DNA of 43,442 nucleotides from Gemmatimonadota bacterium (GCA_003221005.1 QHTZ01000073.1:1-43442), one strand, 5' to 3'. Positions 7,713-17,007 are shown, counted from the stretch's first letter. Notes: a model not told the origin generated them from the letters alone. Numbers and translations: made by a program.

Positions 7713-8355
7713 CGCTGTCTCCCGCGACGAATGCCGACCCTACTGCGGAAAGGCGCACGGGCACCTGCGGCACTCCCCTCCGCGCGAGCTCCGTGACCAC
7801 CAGCGGCAACAGGCGATGCTCGACCTCGCGTACGCGCGCGGCGAGCGTCTCGGGCGTGTCGCCCGCGAGGACCGGGACCGGCCACTGCGCGATGATCGGT
7901 CCGTGATCGTACTCCTCGTCTACGTAGTGCACCGTGGCGCCCGAGATGGTGGCACCAGTGGCGAGCACCTGCTCGTGGACGCGGCGGCCGTACATGCCCG
8001 CGCCTCCGAACCCGGGGAGCAACGCCGGGTGGATATTAATCATGCGCAGGCGAAACCGGGCGACGACGGCAGGCGGCACGCGCTTCATGTAACCCGCGAG
8101 CACCACGAGGTCCGCGCCGGCGAGGGCGCGGAGCAGCTCGTCCGCGTCGCCGGGGTCGGCGAGGACGGTCGTCGGCACGCCGGCGCGGCGGGCGCGCTCC
8201 AGGGCGCCGGCGTCGGGGCGGCTCGAGACGACGTGTGCCACGCGAGCGGAGGGAACACCGCGCGGCAGCTCGTCCAGCAGCGCCTGGAGATTGGTGCCGC
8301 CGCCCGAGACGAGGACGGCGACCGCAGCGACGGGACGGGGCGGAGAGGGAGTCAG
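7690..8355 (-). CDS. purN: Phosphoribosylglycinamide formyltransferase (start probably CTG 8355)
   Basis: VAVLVSGGGTNLQA lies in frame upstream of the track's GTG 8241; VLAGYM, INIHPALLP, GATVHYVDEEYDHGPII. Confidence 0.93.
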   Translation of the reverse strand: MTPSPPRPVAAVAVLVSGGGTNLQALLDELPRGVPSARVAHVVSSRPDAGALERARRAGVPTTVLADPGDADELLRALAGADLVVLAGYMKRVPPAVVARFRLRMINIHPALLPGFGGAGMYGRRVHEQVLATGATISGATVHYVDEEYDHGPIIAQWPVPVLAGDTPETLAARVREVEHRLLPLVVTELARRGVPQVPVRLSAVGSAFVAGDSVGIEFGG

Positions 8356-8798
8356 CGGTTGCGGCGACAGCGCGACAGCGACTTGGGCCTGGCGCCGCTC
8401 GCCACGCTGAGCGTGAACGGTCCCGCCTGACGCTTCTCGGTGCTCGTCACGGCGATGTGGTACGCTCCGCTCCGCGGGAATCGCAGGGTGAGGCGCGCGT
8501 TGCAGTTCCCCCCCGAATCGTCATCCTGCACGTCGCGCGGCAGCCCCGGCCCGTAGACGATCAGGTAGGCGTCCAGGCTGTCCGACGCGAGATCGATGGT
8601 GACGACCTGACCCTCAGTGGCGTCGATCACCCACTCCTTGGCGTAGGTGCTGTCCCGGGGCAATAGCAGGTCGCTCTTCTTGAGCCGGCTCTGGATCGTT
8701 TGGCCCGCGGCGATCGTGCCCGCCGGCGGTCGCTGCGCGCACAGCACCGGGGTCAGCGCACAGCCGGTCATAACGAGCAGCAAATCTCGCCGCCTCAT
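8352..8798 (-). CDS. Secreted PPC (pre-peptidase C-terminal)-like domain protein
   Basis: Signal peptide MRRRDLLLVMTG...; GQVVTIDLASDSLDAYL, QDDDSGG, SGAYHIAVT; ATGA overlap. Confidence 0.75.
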   Translation of the reverse strand: MRRRDLLLVMTGCALTPVLCAQRPPAGTIAAGQTIQSRLKKSDLLLPRDSTYAKEWVIDATEGQVVTIDLASDSLDAYLIVYGPGLPRDVQDDDSGGNCNARLTLRFPRSGAYHIAVTSTEKRQAGPFTLSVASGARPKSLSRCRRNR

Positions 8799-9343
8799 GG
8801 CGCGCGCACAATCTGCTCGACGGCGGCCGCGAGGTCGGGCACGACGGGGACGCCGAGTACGCACGCCTGCGCGCGGTGTTCCGCGCCGCGTCCAGTCTCG
8901 ACCAGCACGCCGCGCCCGCCGACGGCCCGGGCCGGCTCGACGTCGCTCAAGCGGTCGCCCACGAAGAACGAGCGCGCGAAGTCGATCCCGAGAGCGGTCT
9001 GCGCTTCGCGGAACAGCTTGAGTCCGGGTTTGCGGCACTCGCAGGGGCCGCTCACCTCGGGGTAATGGGGACAGAAGTACGACGCGTCGAGATGCGCGCC
9101 GCGTGCCGCGAGCAGCTCGGCGAGCCGGCGCTGCACCGCGGCGTACGCTGCCTCGTCGAACATCCCGCGCGCGATCCCGGACTGGTTGCTCACCGTCACC
9201 ACCAGGAAGCCCGCCTCGTTGAGGCGACGGATCGCCTCGGCGGCACCGGGGAAGAGCCGCGCGCGCCCCGGCTCGTGGAGGTAGCCTGGATCGACCAGGA
9301 TCGTGCCGTCGCGGTCGAGAAACACCGCGCGGGCGTCACCCAT
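8795..9343 (-). CDS. gmhB: HAD IIIA phosphatase, D,D-heptose-1,7-bisphosphate phosphatase-like
   Basis: FLDRDGT, VSNQSGIARG, CPH...CECRKP, VGDRLSD. Confidence 0.85.
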   Translation of the reverse strand: MGDARAVFLDRDGTILVDPGYLHEPGRARLFPGAAEAIRRLNEAGFLVVTVSNQSGIARGMFDEAAYAAVQRRLAELLAARGAHLDASYFCPHYPEVSGPCECRKPGLKLFREAQTALGIDFARSFFVGDRLSDVEPARAVGGRGVLVETGRGAEHRAQACVLGVPVVPDLAAAVEQIVRAP

Positions 9344-10697
9344 CGACGGCGCGGCGCACCGCCCGAATCACGACGTCTTCCTGCGAAGGAAGAATGGTGC
9401 GCGCGTCGAGCACGACCCGGTCGGCCTCGATGCGGGCAACGACCGGGGGATCGCCTTCCCGCAGCCGCGCTTCCAAGGTGTCAGGTGTCAGGTGTTGGGT
9501 GTCAGGGACGAGCCGGACGAGCCACGTAGGGAGCTTGGCGCCGGGGAAAGAGCCGCCCCCTACCTCGGACTCACCCTCCACGACCTCCGCGACCTCCCCA
9601 ACGCCTCTTCTCAACGCCTCTGCTCTTCGACGTATTTCCTCGACGTCTTCGGTTAGCATCTTGAGGACTGGTATCTCTCGCCTCGCCGTCTCCGGGTCCC
9701 GGTACAGGGCGAGCGTCGCTTCCAGGGCGGCTAGCGTGAACTTGTCGGCACGCACCGCGCGGGCGATCGGGTCGCCCCGACAGGCCGCCACCACGGCCGC
9801 GCTGCCGAGCAGGATGCCGGCCTGGGGGCCGCCGAGCAGCTTGTCGCCGCTGCACACTACGGCGTCCACGCCGCTCGCCACCGCGTCACGGATGCCGGGC
9901 TCCCCGGACAGTCCCCAAGGACTGAGATCGAGGAGCAGCCCGCTCCCGAGGTCGTACAGCGTCGGCACGTGGCGCGCGCGCCCGACCGCGGCGACCTCTA
10001 CCGCGCCGACTTCGGCGGTGAACCCCGTCACCTGGAAGTTGGAGCGATGCACCTTCACGAGCAGGCGCGTGGCGGGGCCGATGGCGGCAACGTAGTCGTC
10101 CCGGTGGGTGCGATTCGTGGTTCCGACCTCGATCAGGGTCGCGCCCGAGCGGGCGAGGATGTCGGGGATGCGGAACTGGCCGCCGATCTCGATCAGCTCG
10201 CCGCGGGAGACGATCGCTTCGCCCCGGCGCGCCAGCGCGGAGAGTGCGAGCAGCAGCGCAGCGGCTGCGTTGTTCACCACGAGGGCGTCCTCCGCACCCG
10301 TCAGCTCGACGAGGAGGTCGCGGCACAGCCGGTGACGTGAGCCCCGAGTGCCCCGCTCCAGGTCGTACTCGAGCGCGACGTATCCCGCGGCCACGCGGGC
10401 GAGTGCGTCGGCGGCGGCGCGGGCGAGGACGGCGCGGCCAAGGTTCGTGTGCAGCACCACGCCCGTGGCATTCACGACGCCCGCGAGCGACGGCGCCGCG
10501 AGGCGCGCCGCCCGCGCGGCGATCGCCCGGGGCCACCCTGCGCGCGGCACGGCGCCGCCATCCGCCCGCGCCGCCTCGAGCGTGTCGCGGACCGCCCGCA
10601 CGACGAGCGCCCGCGGGTGTGTCGCCAGCAGCGCTGCGACATCGGGCTCGGCGAGGAGGGCGTCCACCGCCGGGAGCGTGCGGCGGGGATCGCTCAT
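9336..10697 (-). CDS. selA: L-seryl-tRNA(Sec) selenium transferase
   Basis: NATGVVLHTNLGRA, VVNNAAAA, SRGELIEIGG, EVGTTNRTH, KVHRSNF, SGDKLLGGPQ, GGGSFPG. Confidence 0.95.
   Translation of the reverse strand: MSDPRRTLPAVDALLAEPDVAALLATHPRALVVRAVRDTLEAARADGGAVPRAGWPRAIAARAARLAAPSLAGVVNATGVVLHTNLGRAVLARAAADALARVAAGYVALEYDLERGTRGSRHRLCRDLLVELTGAEDALVVNNAAAALLLALSALARRGEAIVSRGELIEIGGQFRIPDILARSGATLIEVGTTNRTHRDDYVAAIGPATRLLVKVHRSNFQVTGFTAEVGAVEVAAVGRARHVPTLYDLGSGLLLDLSPWGLSGEPGIRDAVASGVDAVVCSGDKLLGGPQAGILLGSAAVVAACRGDPIARAVRADKFTLAALEATLALYRDPETARREIPVLKMLTEDVEEIRRRAEALRRGVGEVAEVVEGESEVGGGSFPGAKLPTWLVRLVPDTQHLTPDTLEARLREGDPPVVARIEADRVVLDARTILPSQEDVVIRAVRRAVDG
9477..9504 (+). repeat. 4x heptamer array GGTGTCA inside selA
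   Basis: GGTGTCA GGTGTCA GGTGTTG GGTGTCA, encoding PDTQHLTPDT on the minus strand. Confidence 0.85.
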
Positions 10698-11959
10698 GGC
10701 GGCTTCGCGCCGGGGCGGGCCCGGGTTGTGTCGCGCGCTGGGGGGGAGGGCGCGGGTTTGGGGACCTGGAGCACCGCCTGGCCGTCCGCCGCGGCGCCCG
10801 TGAGGTTCGTCGCGCCGCGGACGCGCACCAGGTACTTGGCACCGGGCGTAAGCTGGGGGACTGCGCGCGCGACGAAGCGGTCGCTCGGGGCAGGGCGCTG
10901 GCGCAGCAGCTGGCGGATGCGACTAGTGTCGGGGCGAGCGCGCGTGGTATCCGGCGGCGCTGGCGCCTTGGCACGCGCCGTCGTGTCGCTCGCCCGTCGC
11001 AGGGAGTCTGCGACAGAGCGTGCGCGCGCCTGAATCGAATCGTACCCGGCCCCGGTCCACACCCCTTCGAGTCTTACGATCGTCGTGTCGGGGAGCGCGA
11101 ACAGGTGCACGCGCGCGGTGTCGAGGGTCCGGTAGGGATCGAGCGGCTGGGCGAACGTGAGTCGGAACGCAAACGAGTCCACCGGCTCCGCGCTCCGGAG
11201 CCTCGGTCCCGCGGTATCGTGCGGAAAGGCCCACAGCACCACCCGCGCGCTCGAATCCACGGTCACCGTCGCCGAATCGAACGCCTCGCGCGGGTCCAGC
11301 TGGCGATTGCTGTTCTGATCCTGGATCGCGAGCACGCGGTAGCGGCCCGACGGCACGTCCCTGAGCGCGAACCCGCCCGCCGAGTCCGCGAGGGTGACAT
11401 ATGCCACGGTGTCCGGCAGCCGCGCGGCCCGGACCACCGCACGCCCGAGCGCGCGCTGCTCCACCCACTGGAGCGCAGTGCCTGAGATCGCGGCGTGGGG
11501 CAGGGCGGGGCCGGTCGAGAAGACGACCAGTGCACCCTGCTTCGTGGCGTTGCGGCTCAGGTCCACGATCCCGGGGAGCACTTCGAGATGGTAGACGCGG
11601 CCCGGCTTCCACCCTTCGGATGGCTTCACGTGAATGGACTTCCGGTGCCACGAGACATCGACGTCTCCCGCGACCGGCGACAGAATGACTTGCCGCCCGA
11701 TCCCCCCAACCGTCCCCGCGCCAGCGGCGGCGCTCCCGGCCATCTCGTCGATGACCTCGTCGAATTGGATGACCGCGGCGCCGCTCAGGTCCCGCACGAC
11801 CGCCCCCGACTCCGGGTGGACGACGAGGATGCGCGGCGGCAGCGAGTCCGGCGGGCCGCCGGGGGGCGCCGCCATGTTCGCGCACGCGCCCAGCGCCACG
11901 GCTAGGAGCAGCCCAGGGACTTGAGCTTGCCGTCCAGCACGTCGCGCTGGAACCGCCAC
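10694..11959 (-). CDS. Lipoprotein with Ig-like (Big_5-type) domain
   Basis: Lipobox LGAC followed by PPGGPPD, IQFDEVI, GIVDLSRN, FSTG, DQNSNRQLD; exact start uncertain. Confidence 0.75.
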   Translation of the reverse strand: MAVPARRAGRQAQVPGLLLAVALGACANMAAPPGGPPDSLPPRILVVHPESGAVVRDLSGAAVIQFDEVIDEMAGSAAAGAGTVGGIGRQVILSPVAGDVDVSWHRKSIHVKPSEGWKPGRVYHLEVLPGIVDLSRNATKQGALVVFSTGPALPHAAISGTALQWVEQRALGRAVVRAARLPDTVAYVTLADSAGGFALRDVPSGRYRVLAIQDQNSNRQLDPREAFDSATVTVDSSARVVLWAFPHDTAGPRLRSAEPVDSFAFRLTFAQPLDPYRTLDTARVHLFALPDTTIVRLEGVWTGAGYDSIQARARSVADSLRRASDTTARAKAPAPPDTTRARPDTSRIRQLLRQRPAPSDRFVARAVPQLTPGAKYLVRVRGATNLTGAAADGQAVLQVPKPAPSPPARDTTRARPGAKPP

Positions 11960-14667
11960 TCGCGCTCCTTTTCCCGCTCCCGGGCGACCACCGCGGCGGG
12001 CGCCCGGGCGACGAAGTTTTCGTTCGACAGTTTGGCCGCGAGGCCCGACAGCTGTCGGTGCAGGCGCTCCCGCTCAGTGGAGAGGCGCCGGCACTCCTGG
12101 CCGACGTCGATCGCCCCCTCGAGCGCGACGAACACCTCGCTGCCGTCGCCGAAGGCGGCGTGCGCCCCGACGCCAGTCGGCTGTCCGTCGAACGACAGCC
12201 GTTCGAGCTGCGCCAGCCGCATGATCGTCTCGCGTTCGCTCCGGAACGCCTCCGGCTCGTCCGTGCCGCGGGCCACGAGCGTGGCGCTGAGCCGCGTCTT
12301 CGGCGCCACCCGGTAATCGGCGCGGATGGCGCGGATCTTCTCGATCACCTGCATCACCCGCTCGAATTGCGCCTCGGCCTTGGGCTCGTCGAGCTGCGGG
12401 CGGGGCTCAGGCCAGGGGGCGACCGCGAGCAATTCACCCGCTGCTCGCCCCGGCAGCTTCTGCCACAGTTCCTCGCTGATAAACGGCACCACGGGGTGGA
12501 GGAGTCGCACGGCGGTGTCGAAGCAGTAGGCGAGCACGGCGTGGGCCGTCGCGCGGCTGGAGCTGGAAGCGGGGCCCCCCAGAGCAGCGGGTGCCCGCTG
12601 GGCTGCTGCGGAGGGGGGCCCCGCTTCCAGGCCAGCCGCTAGGCGCGGTTTCACCGCCTCCACATACCAGTCGGCCAGCTCCCTCCACACGAACTCGAAA
12701 CACCGCTTCGCACCCTCGTCGAGCCGGAACTGCTCGATCGAGGCGGTGGCCTCACGGATCGTCGCCTGAAGCCGCGAGAGAATCCAGCGGTCCGCGAGGG
12801 TCAGCGTCCCCCGATCGATCCGCTCGATCGGAGCCACGGTCGCGGGCAGCTGCCCCAGCACGAACCGGCCGATGTTCCACAGCTTGTTCGCAAAGTTCCG
12901 TCCCGGGGCGAACGCGCCTTCCAGGTCGTTCGGATCGAGCATCACGTCCGCGCCCAGCGCGCTCCCTGCAATCAGGGTCCAGCGCAGGGCGTCCGCGCCG
13001 AACAGGCGCACTACATCGAGCGGGTCGATGCCGTTGCCGAGCGACTTGGACATCTTGCGATGCTGGGTGTCCCGCACCGTGCCGTGCAGGTACACGGTCG
13101 TGAACGGCTTTCGCTTCATGAAGTGGAAGCCAGCCATGATCATCCGCGCCACCCAGAAGAACAGGATCTCGGGCGCCGTGACGAGCGTGTCGCCGGGGTA
13201 GAAGCGGCGCAGGTCTGGCGTCTCGTCGGGCCAACCGAACGTCGCGAACGGCCAGAGCCACGACGAGAACCACGTGTCGAGCACGTCGGGATCCTGCTCC
13301 ACCGGGCCGCCGCACTTGCGGCACGCCGTCGGATCCTGGCGATCGGCCCATTGCTCACCGCACTTGACGCAGGTGAACACCGGGATGCGGTGACCCCACC
13401 ACAGCTGCCGCGAGATGTTCCAATCGCGGATGTGCTCCATCCAGTGCTCGTAGGTCGCGCCCCACCGCTCGGGGACGAGGCGCACCTCCCCCGTCCGGAA
13501 TGCCCGCAGCGCGGGCTCGGCCAGGGGCTTCATCTTGACGAACCATTGGTCGGAGAGCCGGGGCTCGACCACCGTGTCGCAGCGGTAGCAGTGGCGCACG
13601 GCGTGCTGGTGCGGCTCCGCCTTCTCGAGCAGGCCTTGGTCCTGCAGCATTTGCACGATCTTCTTGCGGGCGTCGAAGCGATCGAGCCCGCGGAGCTCCG
13701 CCGGTACGCGGTCCCCGTCCCTCGTCCCCCGTCCCTCGTCCCCCATGCGACCATCCTCGCTCATGATGAGCGGCATGGGCAAGCCGTGCCGGACCCCGAT
13801 CTCGAAGTCGTTCGCGTCGTGCGCCGGCGTCACCTTGACGAAGCCCGTGCCGAATTTGGGGTCAACGGCCTCGTCCGCGATGATCGGGATCTCCGCCTCG
13901 ACGATTGGAAGGCGCGCGGTCTTCCCGATGAATCCGGCGTGGCGGCGGTCCGTGGGGTTCACGGCCACGGCGGTGTCGCCGAGCATCGTCTCCGGACGTG
14001 TGGTCGCCACTGTAAGGAAGGGCTGTGGCCCGCCCTTCACCGGGTACCGGATGTAGTAGAGCGTGCCGGTCTCCTCGGCGAACTCGGCCTCTTCATCGGA
14101 GAGCGACGTGAGGCAGTGGGGGCACCAGTGGATCACGCGGTGCCCGCGATAGATCAGCCCCTCTTCCCACAGGCGGACGAACACTTCGCGCACGGAGCGC
14201 GAGTATGCCGCGTCGAACGTGAACCGCGTGCGGCTCCAGTCGCACGAGCAGCCGATGACCTTGAGCTGCTCCAGGATGGCGTTTCCGGTCTCGCGCACGA
14301 ACGCCCACACCCGCGCCACGAACGCGTCGCGCCCGATGTCGAGGCGGGACGTCCCCTCGTCCGCGAGCACCCGCTCGACCACGTTCTGGGTGGCAATCCC
14401 GGCGTGATCGGTGCCGGGGAGCCATTCCGCCTCGCGTCCCCGCATCCGCTCAAAGCGAATCAACACGTCCTGGATGACGTTGTTGAGTCCGTGCCCCACG
14501 TGCAGGATTGCGGTGACGTTGGGGGGCGGGATGACGATGACATAGGGCCGCTTCGGCGAGTCGGCGCGCGCGGTGAACACCGCGGCGTCGAGCCAGCGCT
14601 GGTACAGAGGGCGCTCGACGTCGCGCGGGTCGTACTGCGGCGGAAGCTCGAAGGGCTGCGTGACCAT
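11902..14667 (-). CDS. valS: Valyl-tRNA synthetase
   Basis: PPPNVT, HVGH, PGTDHAGIATQ, ATTRPET, WNISRQLWWGH, DVLDTWFSS, KMSKS, C-terminal coiled coil. Confidence 0.98.
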   Translation of the reverse strand: MVTQPFELPPQYDPRDVERPLYQRWLDAAVFTARADSPKRPYVIVIPPPNVTAILHVGHGLNNVIQDVLIRFERMRGREAEWLPGTDHAGIATQNVVERVLADEGTSRLDIGRDAFVARVWAFVRETGNAILEQLKVIGCSCDWSRTRFTFDAAYSRSVREVFVRLWEEGLIYRGHRVIHWCPHCLTSLSDEEAEFAEETGTLYYIRYPVKGGPQPFLTVATTRPETMLGDTAVAVNPTDRRHAGFIGKTARLPIVEAEIPIIADEAVDPKFGTGFVKVTPAHDANDFEIGVRHGLPMPLIMSEDGRMGDEGRGTRDGDRVPAELRGLDRFDARKKIVQMLQDQGLLEKAEPHQHAVRHCYRCDTVVEPRLSDQWFVKMKPLAEPALRAFRTGEVRLVPERWGATYEHWMEHIRDWNISRQLWWGHRIPVFTCVKCGEQWADRQDPTACRKCGGPVEQDPDVLDTWFSSWLWPFATFGWPDETPDLRRFYPGDTLVTAPEILFFWVARMIMAGFHFMKRKPFTTVYLHGTVRDTQHRKMSKSLGNGIDPLDVVRLFGADALRWTLIAGSALGADVMLDPNDLEGAFAPGRNFANKLWNIGRFVLGQLPATVAPIERIDRGTLTLADRWILSRLQATIREATASIEQFRLDEGAKRCFEFVWRELADWYVEAVKPRLAAGLEAGPPSAAAQRAPAALGGPASSSSRATAHAVLAYCFDTAVRLLHPVVPFISEELWQKLPGRAAGELLAVAPWPEPRPQLDEPKAEAQFERVMQVIEKIRAIRADYRVAPKTRLSATLVARGTDEPEAFRSERETIMRLAQLERLSFDGQPTGVGAHAAFGDGSEVFVALEGAIDVGQECRRLSTERERLHRQLSGLAAKLSNENFVARAPAAVVAREREKEREWRFQRDVLDGKLKSLGCS
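12553..12639. repeat. 87-bp palindromic element inside valS
   Basis: Perfect 18-bp IR CTGGAAGCGGGGCCCCCC (12563-12580)/(12613-12630), plus outer 8-bp IR GCGGCTGG/CCAGCCGC. Confidence 0.85.
13716..13743 (+). repeat. 4x heptamer array CGTCCCY inside valS
   Basis: CGTCCCT CGTCCCC CGTCCCT CGTCCCC, encoding GDEGRGTRD. Confidence 0.85.
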
Positions 14668-14672
14668 TCCTT

Positions 14673-14678
14673 AATATA
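14673..14678 (-). promoter_or_regulatory. Putative -10 box (TATATT) of valS
   Basis: TATATT-AAGGA-ATG. Confidence 0.55.
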
Positions 14679-14714
14679 GAAGCGCCGTATGGGCGGACAG
14701 CCGGAGGGCGGACG

Positions 14715-14746
14715 GTCCGACCGTCCGACTGTCCGACCGTCCGACG
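14715..14746 (+). repeat. 4x octamer array GTCCGACN in the valS/thrS divergent region
   Basis: GTCCGACC GTCCGACT GTCCGACC GTCCGACG. Confidence 0.85.
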
Positions 14747-14766
14747 CATCGCTAGAATTCCCTCCG

Positions 14767-14928
14767 ATGCCCGAGATAACTGACGCTCTGCCCCCGAGCC
14801 GCATTGTCCGGTGGCTCGCCATCGCGGTGCTGATCGGTTTCGCCGTCACGCTGTATTTCCGCGAGGGCACCCGTCTCGCGCCGCTCACCGGGACGACGCC
14901 CAGCGCGGCCGCCGATTCGGCCAACTGA
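14767..14928 (+). CDS. Small single-pass membrane protein (53 aa)
   Basis: One hydrophobic helix WLAIAVLIGFAVTLYF; TAGAAT 8 nt upstream; ends 4 nt before thrS. Confidence 0.6.
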   Translation: MPEITDALPPSRIVRWLAIAVLIGFAVTLYFREGTRLAPLTGTTPSAAADSAN

Positions 14929-14932
14929 CCCG

Positions 14933-16885
14933 ATGTCGCCCTCCGAAGTCCGCGTCACGCTCCCCGACGGGAGCGCGCGGGCGCTACCCGCCGGCGCCAC
15001 GGGCGCGGACCTGGCCCGGGCGATCGGCGCGGGCCTGGCGAAAGCTGCGCTCGCCGTGCGCGTGGACGGCCAAGTCTGGGATCTGTCCCGTCCGCTCGCC
15101 GACGGGATGCGGGTCACCATCCTCACCGACAAGGACTCGCAGGCGCTCGACGTGCTGCGGCACTCCTCGGCGCACGTCCTCGCCACGGCGGTGCGACAGC
15201 TGTTCCCGCACGCCAAGATCGGCTTCGGGCCGCCGATAGAAGACGGGTTTTACTACGACTTCGAGGTGGAAAGGCCCTTCGGGCCGGAGGATCTGGAGGC
15301 GATTGAAAAGAAGATGGTGGAGGTTGTGAAGGCGGATTACCCCTTTGTCCGGGAGGAAGTCTCGCGCGCGGAAGCCAAGCAGCGCTTCAAGGACGACCCG
15401 CTCAAGCTCGAGCGCATCGCGGATCTCGCCGACGGCGAAGTGATCTCCGTCTACACCGACGGGCCGTTTGTGGACCTGTGCCGCGGTCCGCACGTGCCGA
15501 GCACCGGTCGGATCACGCACTTCAAGCTGCTGCACGCCGCCGGCGCCTACTGGCGGGGGGACGAGCGCCGCCAGATGCTGCAGCGCATCTACGGGACGGC
15601 GTGGTTCACGAAAGACGACCTCGACGCGTACCTGCGCCGCCTCGAGGAGGCCCGCAAGCGCGACCACCGCATCCTGGGGAAGCAGCTCGACCTCTTCTCG
15701 ATTCAGGAGGACGTCGGGCCGGGGCTGGTGTTCTGGCACCCGAAGGGGGCGATGCTGCAGTTCCAGCTGCGCCGCTTCATCGAGGACACGATCCTCGAGC
15801 GCGGCTATCAGCTGGTGTACACGCCCCACGTGACGCGCGAGCAGCTGTTCCTGCGGTCCGGTCACCTGCCGCTCTACGCCGAGAACCAGTTTCCGGCGAT
15901 GGGGGCGGGGGAGGGCGAGGCGGAGAACGTGCGGTACCGGGTGAAGCCGATGAACTGCCCGATGCACATCCTGGTGTACGCGTCGCAGCAGCGCAGCTAT
16001 CGCGATCTCCCCGTGCGCCTCGCCGAGATCGCGAACGTGTACCGCAACGAGCGCTCCGGCACGCTGCACGGGATGCTGCGGGTGCGCGGTCTGACGATGG
16101 ACGACGCGCACGTCTTCCTGCGCCCCGACCAGATCGAGGACGAGATCTTCCAGCTGCTGGACATCGTGGAGCTGGTGCTGGGGCGGACGTTCGGCCTGGC
16201 GTACCGGCTCGACCTCGCGACCCGGCCGGCGAAAAAGCTCGGCGACGACGCGACGTGGGGCCAGGCGGAGCGCGCGCTCGAGGAGGCGCTGAAGCGCCGC
16301 GGCGTCACCTACCGGATCGACCAGGGAGGGGGCGCGTTCTACGGACCGAAGATCGACGTGAAGTTCAACGACGCCATCGGCCGCGAGTGGCAGGGCGCCA
16401 CGATCCAGCTCGACTACGAGCTCCCCGAGCGCTTCCAGCTCGAGTACACGGGCGACGACAACCGCGCGCACCGCCCGGTGATGATCCACCGCGCGATCTA
16501 CGGCACGCTGGAGCGGTTCTGCGGCTTCCTGATCGAGCACTTCGCCGGCGCCTTCCCGCTGTGGCTCTCACCAGAGCAGGTGCGCGTCCTGCCCATCGCC
16601 GACGTGCAGGCGCCGGCGGCGCGCGCGGTGCACGAGCGGCTCCGGGGCGCCGGCATCCGCTCGTCGGTGGATGAGCGGAGCGAGACCCTGAACTACAAGA
16701 TTCGCGACGGCGAGACCCATAAGGTCCCCTACATGGCCGTCGTGGGCGAGCGCGAGGCGCAGGCGGGCACCGTGGCCGTACGCGCGCGGGGGGCGGGGAA
16801 GAAGCAAGTCGTGCTGCCATTGGAGGAGTTTGTGCAGCAGCTACAGGAGGAGGTTCGCACGCGGAGTTTGAGCCCGTTAGTTTGA
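14933..16885 (+). CDS. thrS: Threonyl-tRNA synthetase
   Basis: TGS domain, RHSSAH, DLCRGPH, GAYWRGD, RDHR, KPMNCP, AFYGPKID, MIHRA. Confidence 0.98.
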   Translation: MSPSEVRVTLPDGSARALPAGATGADLARAIGAGLAKAALAVRVDGQVWDLSRPLADGMRVTILTDKDSQALDVLRHSSAHVLATAVRQLFPHAKIGFGPPIEDGFYYDFEVERPFGPEDLEAIEKKMVEVVKADYPFVREEVSRAEAKQRFKDDPLKLERIADLADGEVISVYTDGPFVDLCRGPHVPSTGRITHFKLLHAAGAYWRGDERRQMLQRIYGTAWFTKDDLDAYLRRLEEARKRDHRILGKQLDLFSIQEDVGPGLVFWHPKGAMLQFQLRRFIEDTILERGYQLVYTPHVTREQLFLRSGHLPLYAENQFPAMGAGEGEAENVRYRVKPMNCPMHILVYASQQRSYRDLPVRLAEIANVYRNERSGTLHGMLRVRGLTMDDAHVFLRPDQIEDEIFQLLDIVELVLGRTFGLAYRLDLATRPAKKLGDDATWGQAERALEEALKRRGVTYRIDQGGGAFYGPKIDVKFNDAIGREWQGATIQLDYELPERFQLEYTGDDNRAHRPVMIHRAIYGTLERFCGFLIEHFAGAFPLWLSPEQVRVLPIADVQAPAARAVHERLRGAGIRSSVDERSETLNYKIRDGETHKVPYMAVVGEREAQAGTVAVRARGAGKKQVVLPLEEFVQQLQEEVRTRSLSPLV

Positions 16886-16911
16886 ATGCATATGGTTGCG
16901 GAGTTTGACGT

Positions 16912-17007
16912 CGTGTTTCCCTGGGCTGAAGCCCGGGCTCGGCGTCAGGGCGCGTCCTTAAGGACGCCGCGGTCCAGGCCGAGCCGGCCCTTCAGGGCAC
17001 GGATACA
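16912..17007. other. Long imperfect intergenic stem-loop
   Basis: Central 16-bp palindrome GCGTCCTTAAGGACGC (16952-16967) flanked by GGCTCGGC/GCCGAGCC and CTGAAG/CTTCAG pairings. Confidence 0.6.

Noticed and set aside
13060-16674. Long antisense/alternate-frame ORFs over valS and thrS (and similar ones over lon, eno, ftsH)
   Set aside because: Expected shadows of high-GC codon usage; no recognisable domains.
16912-17007. Hairpin as 6S RNA or SRP RNA
   Set aside because: Too short for 6S and lacks the SRP GGAA tetraloop/AGCAG motif.
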